Origin: Lytechinus pictus
Taxonomy: Eukaryota
Length of the DNA stretch: 64,000 bases
Direction of reading: 5' to 3'
Assembly (NCBI RefSeq): GCF_037042905.1
Contig: NC_087245.1
Location: forward strand, 17,486,001 to 17,550,000
The position numbers were made by a program, and so were the translations under genes. Of the stretch, positions 1 through 12,300 are shown in pieces (positions within the stretch are counted from its first letter, which is position 1; every line of letters starts with the position of its first letter). The notes below the pieces were generated by a model. The model was given only the letters and a program-made list of their open reading frames with translations. It did not search any database and was not told the DNA's origin.

Positions 1-3000
1 TGTGCAGGTACTTCCTTGGGCTTCCTTGGTATTTCACAACGATGGTTTTTTAATCATATTCTTTTCTTATTCTTTTGATAACATTAAATATTGTTTCATG
101 TCAAATACCATTTCATTCTTATGAGAAACTATTCATATTTCAATTCCTTTTTTCGTAGCTGCATTGTACTGCTAACGTTACACATGTTCATACATTTTCA
201 GCGCACAGAAACGCCTTAATTGACAGCGATACGCGTTTATTTATTATTATTTATTTTTTTGTGTATTATTTATTTATTCATTTAGCGAGCTTTAGGGGTA
301 ATTAATGTAATTAATTAATGCACTCTTTTATAACAGATTAGAGATAACACATACACATAGAGTAACATCTAAGCCTATATTATCTTCTTTTTTTCACCTC
401 TGTTACTTCCTCTTTCATTTTTATTCTTTGCTTATCTTTTCTTTCTTTTATTCTTTTCTTTTCCTTTTATTTCATTTCATTTTATTTTTTTTCTTTGCAA
501 GGCGGCATCGACATGTATTTTCTTTATTTTTCTTTTTTTTGATGCATTCTCATTATTTTTTTTGGATGGGGCCCCTTTTCTCCACCGCGGCCTCATTTTT
601 CTTTGTGCCGGTCATTGTGTTTGTAACAACAAAAACATTATGATCTCGGGAATTTCATTCTTCTGTTCAGTGCCGGTCCGCTGCTTTTCTTTTTTTTTTC
701 TAGATTTCTTATACGCTTATTCAAAGCTTTGTCACCAACAACATTTCCTACATCAAACAATTCGGCAAGAAGCCGCGAAAAATGCTTATACTCATACCTT
801 GTTTTCGGGACCACCTATACAACTCGAAAGCAACACCATTTGTTAAATATTCCCATCCCATTTTGTCTTGATTCAATTCCCCACACATTGACATCTGTAA
901 CTCCCCCTCTGTTCCCCTACACTGGTTACAGTGTTAACGACTTCATTAACGACATTTCCACCTTTACCACTCGAACACATTTTTCTCATTTTTCTCACAG
1001 GGTATGTAAAATCACAACACGAAATACAAGTACCGATGAATCACTGTTTATAAACACATATTCGTGAGTGAGAATTCCCACGTTCATTTGTACACAAAAT
1101 TACTATAGCAGCACGCACAACACCCGCGACCTTTTTCGTATCTCGCGCCGGCTCTCACACGTGATCACGTAGCGCGGGAGTGCTTGTTGCTATGCGCGTC
1201 CATTCATTAGTCACGCCTCTATTTTCGATGCTCTTTTTTATGACGGGAAGGGTAATTTGAAATGCATTTTGTAAGTTGATCCCAGGGGGTTAGCGAAAAA
1301 CTAACTGCAGATTCGTATTCTACGTGACTGAATCCATATACGTACACATGGGGCTGTTATTGTACTTTTCATAGTTGATGTGAATGGAGGGTCTAACGAT
1401 TGCTTTCTTTTGTACCATGGAATTTATCACTGTGATTTAAACGCCCCTGGTCGGTATATGTTGAGAAAATTTTACTCTTTTCGATTAAAACATTTTTATA
1501 TTCTAAATTTATTTGGATCATGGTGTAAAATCACCTGAAAGTGTGATTTTACCCAGATAATCTTGACCATTTTCTTGAGATGCGCGATGCCATTGAAAAT
1601 GCGTGTAGACGAATGTCTGCGTCGCCGCGACCGATCCAAACCGCATTTTTATAGTAAAATTCATTAAATGAAATGGAAATGAAACTCATGCTAATTTGGG
1701 GGGTAATTGTGTTAGTAAGGTCAGGAAAATGAGTGCTGTGCTTGTGTTTCAATTATTTTCTCAATTATGACTCTCTGTAAAAAGTTATTGTAAAATTACT
1801 GGAGGCATGTTTAATCTGTGCTGACCATTGTTATGCGCGCAGCAGTGCATTACCGCATATAGGCGGAAGTTTTTATTATGAGTCCGGACACCTATAGCTT
1901 TATCAGTCTATCATTACCGAACCCCGAACCGAACCAATGTTCGGCAAATTTCTGCCGAACCTTGCCGAACCGAACCGAACCCGAACATGGCGCCTGACTT
2001 GCAGCACTAGGTCGGACATTCTGAAGTTTTATTAGTGGCATGCATAGACAAAATAATGAATGAAATAGAAAAAAATGAGAATAGATGAAAGTATATTGAG
2101 AAAAAAATAAGCTAAAAAAAGAAATTAATGAGGAAGGTGATCTGTAAGAGAAGTGACTGAATGCGATGAAATTAATTGAAGATGTAAATGTTGAAATAAG
2201 ATTTTTTTATCAAAAGAATGGAATATATACCATTTATATGAATTAAATATCCATCTGCTAAGTCTCAGACAAAATAAGATTACAGAGAGGTTGGAGGGAT
2301 AGGGCCTAAGATACGGGATCATAAAATGTTTTAAATACAGGGATATTCTGCATGTCATAGGCCTATTATTTCATATGTCCTTAATATTATGTATGTATAT
2401 ATATATATATATATACACTAGCTTATTTTTGGCTTTGGATTTGTCTCATGCATCCCCTATATAGAACTTGTATGATCAAACTAAACAGCCCGAGTTACAA
2501 AAAAGGACTACCGGTATATTTCCCCCAAAATAACAAAAAACTAGCTGAATTTATATGGAGATATATGGTCTACATTATGATTCTCATGAATATTCTTTAA
2601 TGGAAAAATATGCTATCTAATTCGGATCGCCGACGTGCTATTTTCTAAAGTCGATCGGCATCGACCTGCAATCACCGTCTCACTTTTCCCACAAAATCTT
2701 CCCAAGGCCAAGTTTAGCCCGCAGAAAACTTCAAAAATATGGTGAGTATTGAGTTCATACTTTCACTGGGCGATCATGATACAATTGTTCTATAAATCCA
2801 CATTCAAGTATCCAAAATAATTTAAATACGAAGAAATCAGACTTTAATTTAAAAAAGCCTGGATTTTGAGTGACACTTAGTCTATAGTCTATACTATAGT
2901 ATAGGCCTACACAAAACATATGGCGTTGTATGGGCTGGCTTCCCGAAAGCCGATTCCGCGTTTGCCCCCTTTCGCATCCCGTGATCCTCTGCGATGACAG

Positions 3001-4231
3001 ACGCCCTCTCGCGACAGACGCTATTTGCGATAAGGTCTATGGAGTATGGTTGTGCCACCCAAGGGTTCATTACATGCCGCCACGCACAGAAAAATCAAGC
3101 CATAGAAATTAGAAGTCGTGTGTTGTGGACCCAAGTGAGATCCCATTCCCAGGCCCAGCACGCGCGACCCACTAAGTAAGGCACTAGTATGATGGTGGGC
3201 CCCAAGTCTGCGCACCTAACAGTTTGAGTTAAGATTTATCATGAATTTTTTCTTATTTCACAAAATCTTTTGGTTAATAGTGTTCCTTATATTATTAAGA
3301 GTAAGTGTACCAAATTTCTCATTAAAAAATGAAAGAAAATATAAGGTTTTCTTGAAAAACCTTTGGGCAGTCATTTTCAGATTGAAAAAAAAATGGTACC
3401 CCATGTCTGCGCACTCATTCACTTTGCACACTATTCGGGGATTTTGATGACAAAGGCTGCATTTTGAGGCCGTCACATGAAATGCCCTGAATTCATTATT
3501 TTTCCACCATTTTGAGTCAGATTTTTTATGAATACCTGTCTATGTAAAGCATGTGTAAAGTTCGTGCTCGTTGCGTATCTTCTTTTACTAGAATCGCGCA
3601 GATACGCGGGTGCGCAGACTTGGGAGACCGCGCAGACATGGGCATGATGGGGGAACTGACCATACTAGGCCTAGTGGCACTAGTTAGAAATCCACTGCCA
3701 AACGCGGTTCGTGGTGCGAGGTTAGGATACTAATAGTAATACTAACCTCGCAATACGTGTGAGTGTGGTTGTGCGAGGTTCGTATAGAATATACTAACTC
3801 GCAATAGTGTGAGTGGGTGGAGCGTAGTGTAGCGGTAGTGAAGTGGAGTTGAGCCTGCACGAACTTCGCCAGAGGTACCGGGTACGGGCTAGGTACGGGC
3901 AGTCAAGACACCCAAATAAATAAATGCCGAGCAAATTATTTTTAATTTCGCGATGAAATTGGACAGAACTAAGCGGCGGTAGAGATTATAATTACTTGAT
4001 GAAAATAAAATAAAATAAAAAACCAAATACTTCAAAATGGCACTCTAAGATAACGCTCCCAACTTTTTTTTTAAAATGCTGTAAACTTACCGTTATGTGA
4101 TTTAATTCCCCCATTTTGCTCAGGAACAGCGGAAGGGAGCGACAAAGTCGCCATCTTTTCATCGACCCTTTAATTACCTGAAAGCTGCCGTAGATGGAGA
4201 CAGATGACTTTTTTTTATCCAACTTAACGGC

Positions 4232-4400
4232 GGTGCCGTAGCTAGCCGAGTGGTCGATAGGCGCTGGCTATACATGGAAAGTCCGGGGTTCGATCCCCCG
4301 GTCGCGTCACCTATGCCCGTGAGCAAGGCATGCAATCTACAATGCTCTTTTATCCTGCTGTCAAATAAATGAAAATGCATTATTGGTAACTAGGTGTGCA
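4232..4400 (+). mobile_element. tRNA-derived SINE
   Basis: tRNA-like head 4232-4311: ggtgccg/cgtcacc acceptor-stem pairing, A box tagccgagtgg, B box ggttcgatccc. Followed by the CORE-like motif cccgtgagcaaggcatgcaatc. Confidence 0.65.
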
Positions 4401-4880
4401 CTTGTTTGCCGCTTGTTTGTTTGTTTTTTATTAAAAAAATAAAATCTACTAAAGAAATGCAACGTGCCACTTTTTTTCATTTTCACGTCGGAAAAATAGC
4501 AATTATTTTTTAATTTTAGATTGCCTAATTTATACTTTTATACTACTTTATTTATATATTACTAATTTATACTACATTTAATTCATTATTTTTTTCATAA
4601 CACATTGCAATTTTTATGGATTATTTTTATATTGCACATGTAATGTGAAATTGCTTCTACTTTCTGTAAAATGAAAAGGAGATGCCGTACGTCAGACGAG
4701 GTTTGGTCCAATTCTATTTGTTATAATGTGCGTTTGACAATGAGTTGGAAATCTCGTTCCCACTGTCGTGCGATACAAAAGTCACGATTGGCTTTCGTAA
4801 CAGCTAGATCGCAGAAAATTTTTGAACTATTCAAACATTTTCTACGATCAATGTGATTGCCACGACTGATCTGATACGAT

Positions 4881-5053
4881 CAGGGCCCCGTAACACAAAA
4901 GTTAGCGATTAATCGCCAAATGAAATGGCCTAGATCAAGATCATCGTTGCATATGGGCATGTTGCTAATTAGACTGACGAGGAACCAATCAGAGTTTTTC
5001 TTTAAAATTAGCGTTTAATCGCTAACCTCTCTGTTGCGCTGTACGGGCCCCTG
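4881..5053. mobile_element. MITE, PIF/Harbinger-like
   Basis: Terminal inverted repeats (TIRs) cagggccccgta...gttagcgattaa / ttaatcgctaac...tacgggcccctg. Confidence 0.55.
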
Positions 5054-5054
5054 A

Positions 5055-5399
5055 TAGTCCAAGATAGGCCCCATAGAAAATTGGGTCTGTGGCGGCCATT
5101 TTGAATATCAAGAAATAAATATTTTGTATGAAAATTGTTTTTTCAGAGAGTATTTCACTCCTGCAACACAAATACATACATTTTATAACCAATGTGCGGG
5201 CAATTTTATGATTTTCATGGGTATAATTTGCATATTTTGGCGGCCATATTGGATTTTGTCAATTCAGTGCGGAAAATGCTCAAGGTTACACGAGTGGCAT
5301 CATTCAGAATCGTAATCTGCACCCTCGAATTGACAATAAACAATAAAAAAATATTGTATATATGAAAAAACAAGGTTATGCCTCTTCTGTCCTGGACTA
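5055..5399. mobile_element. short Academ-like non-autonomous element, same family as 40628-43400
   Basis: Termini tagtccaaga / tcctggacta; the body matches 43080-43370. Confidence 0.6.
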
Positions 5400-6290
5400 T
5401 ATACGATTACTCCACGATTAAGAGCGCCGTTTGAATCGTGGCGTAAAATGGTGACAGTGAGGGGATTACTAGCAAGTCTTTATAAAAGCATATATATCCT
5501 ACATGATAAAAGGCAAAGAAATCGTAGACATGACTCAGTGACGTAGTGCTGAGAGTCGATTTTATTATTATTACTAGTATTATAATTTTTGTATGATTTC
5601 AAATTTCATCCATTATTTTTTAATAGGCCTACCTAACAATACCCGGTTTATCAGGTATCAACCTTTAAAATGATCATAGAGACGGACACATTACCTCAAA
5701 AGGCAAATCCTTGTTGGGCCTATTAAGTGACCCATTTTGCAAATTGCATGTCTTTTCTCTAAACAACCTCTAAATGTAAACTGAAACTAATCAAACTAAT
5801 TACTATGTCAGAGTTGTGTAAAGGGCCTATCCCATTCATCAAATTCTACGGCAATTTTTTTTCGCTTAAATCTGTTTGCCAGATGTTTGCACATAATAAT
5901 GACTCTAATCCTCGGTAAACTTGAGCAAAAGTTGCCATAATTAAGCGAACCTTTAAATAAAATTCACAATTATATTTTAAACCATCACGACAATGTATAC
6001 CAATTTGATAAGCATCAATAGCAAAGGCCAGAAATTGCAGAATAAATATAATATTCATGAACTTCTTTGTGATAGCTAATTATGTCCTTCATACAAACGT
6101 CCTTGGCTCGATGGCGTTATTCTCCCATGCAGCGGATGGGAGGCCTCGGTATAAAATATTGATATCATTACTGTAACAACGGCACATTCAGATGAACACA
6201 TTCTTCATCCCGAGAGAGGAACTATACCTCTTTCACACTTTACGAATGACTATTTGAATATTTCCTTCTGCTGCTCTCAGGACTCGGTGC

Positions 6291-6314
6291 ATGAAAAAAA
6301 CATCAGTAATCATG
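6291..6314 (+). CDS. copy 1 exon 1 coding part (MKKTSVIM)
   Basis: Acceptor ctgctctcag at 6271-6280, ATG at 6291, donor gtaagc at 6315; identical in all three copies. Confidence 0.6.
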
Positions 6315-9300
6315 GTAAGCTCATATTTTTTATTATTTTTATTATTATCATTATCGCAGATTTCATATATGTCATTTTATCATGGACATAATTACGGTTT
6401 CATGATGTTTACTGTTACTTTTTAGGCCAATTTTCCATTTCCTTTCTTGGTCAATGAAAAAATGAACTAAAATGGTTGTCTGATATGTACATGTTGCACT
6501 CCTGTATTTATCACCCCCCCCTTATCTCTCTCTCCCCCTCTCTCTCTCCCCCTCCCTCTCCCTGACTCCTTCCCCCTCTCTCTCTCTTTCCCTCTCTCCC
6601 CCCCCCCTCTCTCTCTCTCTGTCATGTTGTTTTGGAAGCAAGCTATACCTTATAAATATATTGAATTGAATTGAATTTATTCAAACCAGTCAAAGGAGAA
6701 CAAAGTACAAACAAAATAAATGGTTACATTATAAAGAACTGAAACAAATGACAGGTTTGGGACCCCAAAGAAGCACAGCTTGTAATCAGGGGCCCCTGCA
6801 TATGGTATTTTACTCAAACATGGAATAACTATGAGAAGAAGAAGAAAAAAAGGTATTTAAAGATCACAACAGGAACATTACCCACACGCAAGCATACACA
6901 CACTCACACAGACACACGCAGACATTCACACTCCGAACATGTCACCCCAGGTGCAACTAACACCTAATCTTAAATTTATCAAGTAGGTATTTATGACATA
7001 ATTTCTTAAACCGAGACAGGGTACTGCTACTTCTTATACCAGAAGGATTTCAATGTAGCATAAATTCTAGCAAAGGGTTGGTGAATATGATGTCTCTGAC
7101 GTGTGTTATAATTATGAATCTTAGAATTAACCACAAAAGTTTCTTGTAAAAAAGAACAATGCAGGGATTGGTATTTATACATGAAAATAACACAATTCAG
7201 CAAGACCATTTCATTAAATGGTAACATATTCAACTGCAAAAAAAGCGGGAAACTTGGAGCCAGATAATTTGAATTTGTTACATATCTTATAGCTTTCTTT
7301 TGAAGAACTTGTAGTTTACGTACATGAGTCCTAAATGTATTCCCCCAAGCAATATTGCAATACATTAAATGTGGCACAATTAGAGCATTATATAAAAAAA
7401 ACAATGTTCGTTGACTAGGTAAGAAATATCTTACTTTTGACATCACACCAACATTACGAGATACTTTAGAACATACATTATTAAGGTGATGATTTCATGA
7501 CAAGTATTCATCAACTGTGACACCAAGAAATTGCACACTTGAGCTGAATTCAATTTGTCGACCACCAACTATTATTGGATCTATATTATCAATGACCCTC
7601 TTTCCCTTTGTTCTAAATAAAACACATTTCGTTTTACTTGTATTCAGTAACAGCTTATTACAACAAAACCAGGCAAAACATGACAAATTTCAGTATTTAC
7701 CTCCCGAATAAGACTTTGCAAGTTCTTATGAGGCAGGGGCCGCGGAACGGTTTTCAAAGTGGGGGGCTGAGCCAAAAGTGGGGGGCTGACCATGCTAAAA
7801 ATCACAATCATATGGTCATTTTTACGTTTTTGTACACGGGTTTGGAAAAAAGTGGGGGGGGGGGGTGTTACACCCACAAATGTAATAATCGCCCACAAAT
7901 GTAATAACGCCCACAAATGTAATAACACTTTACCCACAAATGTAATAACGCCCACAAATGTAATAACACTTTACCCACAAATGTAATAATTTTGATCGCC
8001 CACAAATGTAATAATGACTTTACCCACAAATGTAATAAATTTGAAGGGAATTTTGGCGAATCCGTTCTAAACTGAAATCCTATAGTAATACGTTCATATA
8101 GAACAAATGTGCAAGGTCTTTTTTTCCAGACCCGGTTAATAAAGAAAGTATAATATAATCCAAAGTCTTTTCTTCCAGACCCAGTTGTTTCAATAATTAT
8201 AATATAAGTTCAAAGTCTTTTTTCCAGACCAAGTTGTTAAAAAAATTATAGTATAAGTCCAAAGTCTTTTTCCAGACCCGGTTCTTTAAAAAATTATAAT
8301 ATAAGTTCAAAGTCTTTGTTCCAGACCTGGTTGTTTAAAAAATTATAATATAAGTCCAAACTAAGATATGATAATGATATTCCAGTGGAATAAAAATGAG
8401 AATCGAGCTTAGTCTTTTTCCAGACCCAGTTAATTAAAACTGGTGGAATTAGTGTCTTTGTTGTTGTTTTCACTTATACGGCGCATATTGTGAATATATG
8501 CGCTAAGAGTAAATTGAGAATCAAGCATAGTCTTTTCTCCAGACCCGGTAACTAAAAACTAAAACCCTATAGTAATGTGTTCGTATAGCACAAAAGTCTT
8601 TTTTCCAGACCCGGTTAATTCAAAAATTATAATATAAGTCCAAACTAAAACAACAAAACAAAGACCTATGGTGTAGTCTTTGCTCCAGACTCAGTTATTT
8701 CAAAATAGGAAATTATAAGAAACAATAAAAACAAACAAACAATATCAACAAACACTCCACAATATCATTGATGTAGAATAACGTTGTTGTTGTTGTTATT
8801 GTTATCTTGGGTTTTAAGGTGCATATCATTCAGATATGAACATTTACGCCTATGATTAATTTGTCGTTTTCGTGGTATGCATTATCACAGGGTTTTGATA
8901 GTTTAGAAGATGCTGGGGTTAAGTTTTAAGATTAAAGTTTCGCTTAATTTGTATTTTTCAGAGAACTGGGTTAGGGGTAAAGACAACACTCTAAACCTAA
9001 GCATTTTAACTGGGCTCAATTTTGAAATTTGGTCTTAGATTTTTTTTTCAATATTTCTTTATTTTTTTAATAACCGGGTCTAGACGAAAGACTAAGCATA
9101 CTACTCGTGTTATTCCACAGGAATAAGAATATGACAAAGTCTTGTGTTCTTAAGACTGTTTGAATTATTTTTTAAATGACTGGGTCTGGAATAAAGACAA
9201 CGCTCTAAACATGTGCTTTTCTACATGGTCTTAATTTGGAGGATTGTTGGTTCTTAGATTCGTTGTTGGGGTTGGGTTTTATTGCTTTTTTATTCTTGAA

Positions 9301-12300
9301 ATAACTGTGTCTGGAGGAAAGTCTACAATCGATCTTCATGTTATTCCACAGTAATTAGATTATTGGGTATTCGTTTTAGAATATTTGTAAAAACTATCTT
9401 TTTTTTCTTCAAATAATAACCAAGTCTGGAGAAAGGATGTTTGCGTTACCCATGCATTATTACAATGTTTTGTAGGGGTCTTAGTATTATAAAAAAAAAA
9501 CAGGGTGCGGGGAAAATACATATTTTTACACCCAGTAAGGGTGTAACTTTTGAAGATTGGTCTTAGATTTGAACTGTTGAAGTTTTTTAATTCATTTTTT
9601 TAATAACCGGGTCTGGAGAAAAGAGTACGTTTTAAAACTCGTGTTATTCGAATATGATTATAGTCTTACGTTAGAAGATTTTTTTTTTGTAAATTGATTT
9701 AATGATTAGGTCTAGAATAAAGACAATCCTCTAAACCTCTTTTTAAAACAGGTTTTTAGGTTGAAGGATTGTTTGGTCTTAGATTTGGAGTTTTCTTATT
9801 ATTACTGTTAGCGTTATTTAAAAAAAAATTAACTGGGTCTGGCTGAAAGACTATGCTATATGTCCATGTTATCCAGCATTAATAAGATTATTGGGTCTTT
9901 ATACTGTTTTTGTTGTTGTTGTATTGTTATTCATAATTTTCGAATAACAGGGTTTGGAGAAAAGACTATGCTCGATTTTCATTTTTATTCCACTGGAATA
10001 TTATTATGGTATCTTTAATAGTTTGGACTTATATTATAATTTTTGAAATAACTGGGTCTGGAAAAAAGACTTTGGACTTATGTTGTAATGTTTGAAACAA
10101 CCGGGTCTGGAAAAAGACTTTGGACTTATATTTTAATTTTTGAAACAACCGGGTCTTGAAAAAAATACTTAATTTAGACTTATGTCATAAATGTTTAATT
10201 ATCCAGGTTTGGAAAAAAGACTTTGCACTTTTGTGCTATATCACAAATGGTGCTTGGTACACTAAGAAATTCTAGAATTCAAAGTACCGAAAAACTTGTT
10301 AAAACGATATCCCCTCTTGTTAGAATGACTTTCTTTTATATAATATCTCATAGATCGTCGATCAACAACCTTATCGTTTTCGGGAAGTAATCCCCCTATT
10401 GTTTGCTGATATCTTATTCCTCAGTTTTTTGTTTCATATGTATTTAAATGTTTTTTTTTTTCATAGAAAAAAAAAGGAATGAATATACAAGAAATAATAA
10501 AAAAAAGTAATAAAAAAATAATAATATTAAATAAAATTGTTACCCTACTTTACATACAGTGGGTGGCCAAAATAGTCAATCGTGACTTATTGCCATATAA
10601 AAACAAGGAATGGAATGGATATGAGCGCATTATTATAAGGATTTAGTTTTTAGTTTTAAGTAACCGGGTGTGGAGAAAGACTACGCTTGATTCTCAATTT
10701 ACTCTTAGCGCATATATTCACAATACGCACTGTGTAAGTTCAAACAACAACAAAGACATTAATTCCATCAGTTTTAATGAACTGGGTCTGGAGAAAAGAC
10801 TAAGCTCGATTCTCATTTTCATTTCACTGGAATATCATTATCGTATCCTAATTTGGATTTATTTTATATTTTTTTAAATAACCGTGTCTGGAAAAAAAAG
10901 ACTTTGGACTTATAGTATAATTTTTGAAACAACCGGGTCTGGAAAAAAGACTTTAAATTATATTATAATTTTTGAATTAATCGGGTCTGGAAAAAAAGAC
11001 TTTGCACTTTTGTGCTATATGAACGCATTACTATAGGATTTTAGTTTAGAACGGAATCGCCAAAAATCCCTTCAAATTTATTACATTTGTGGGTAAAGTG
11101 TTATTACATTTGTGGGCGTTATTACATTTGTGGGCGTTATTACATTTGTGGGTGCAACAGGGGGGCTGAAGCTCCCCAGCCCCCCCGGTTCCGCGGCCCC
11201 TGTGAGAAAGTAATAAACAGGTGTCATCAGCATATAAAGAATATGTAAGCAATTTGGAAGAATTAACAATATCATTAATATAAATTAGGAAAAGCAGCGG
11301 ACCAAGAACCGATCCTTGCGGTACTCCAAATTTAATATTTCTATATTCTGAGCTGACACCGTTGATAACTACAAATTGTGACTGGTTTTCTAGATAGCTT
11401 TTAAACCAGTTTAAAGCCATCCCACGAATGCCATAATATTCAAGTTTAATTAAGAGTATACTGTGATCAATGGTGTCAAAGGCTTTACTTAAGTCAAGGA
11501 ATGCACCAAGGCAAAATTTTCCATCATTCATAGCAGTGATAATCGTGTTATATATATATATATAAACAGTCTTGAAAACAAGTCCTTATTTTTATTAATG
11601 TTTGATTTATTTTACGGAAAATACAGAGAAATGATTTTGTATTCAGTTACGTCCATCATAATCGTCATGGAATTCTTGTTTGATAACTCTTTCTGCTTCT
11701 TTTAGTCTGTCGTATGCTCATCACAGAGTCTGCCTATTTTCCTGTTCCTCATTCCAGCGAGTTTCGTTCATGGTGGTAAGTTTGAATTTGATATTTTGAC
11801 CCTATTTTGTTATTACTTGTATTGACATGATTACAAACAAAACAGATCACATAATTACTGTAGACAACAAAGAAAAACAATATAGAAAAATAACTAAAAT
11901 AATAATCAGAATAACAATATCAATAAAAACATAAAGTGACCCTGATTTTATTCATACACTTTCTTCTTATAATATTTTTGCGATTTATAAATCGCGGTAT
12001 AATCTATGTGAAGAGTGGATACCATGCGCGACCAAAAAAAAAACACGTAAAAAGGATGTCTTTTTCAAGATAGGATACGTTACGTACGTAACATAATAAG
12101 GGTGTAAAAAACACTAAAACTATGATAGGGTATCTATTTCGCTAGGAAAGCTACGTGTTTCGGGTCAAATTTGCGGGGGTATAACAAAATTAAGACTAAA
12201 ATGTTTTATAAAGGATATAATTTTTGCCCCAACAGTCAACACTACGTGTGTTTAGAGTACGATTTGCGCGCAGGGGCGTCGATCCATTTTTTCAGATGGG

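Larger units (their letters stand above)
6661..11547 (-). mobile_element. 5'-truncated, decayed CR1/L2-group LINE interrupted by nested insertions
   Basis: RT motifs FLDLSKAFDTIDH, GVPQGSVLGPLLF and YADD at 11203-11531. The reading continues past the insertion (CLLLSH|KNLQSLIREVN, then KTKCVLF, FLGVTVD, LYNALIVPHLMYC). 3' end aataaa plus (ttcaa)n at about 6661. Absent from copies 2 and 3. Confidence 0.9.

Noticed and set aside
428..1067. Three overlapping short ORFs
   Set aside because: T-rich low-complexity sequence with no recognisable motif or splice support
1905..3910. Possible single TIR element bounded by ccgaac and gtacggg repeats, with an inner element at about 3182-3680
   Set aside because: End similarity is too weak, and there is no TSD or empty site to support boundaries
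4232..4311. tRNA gene
   Set aside because: The anticodon arm is poor and the head runs directly into a SINE-type core; called a SINE instead
6057..6176. Upstream ATG ORF as an alternative start
   Set aside because: Terminates after 39 codons and lacks a convincing signal peptide; may be UTR or intron
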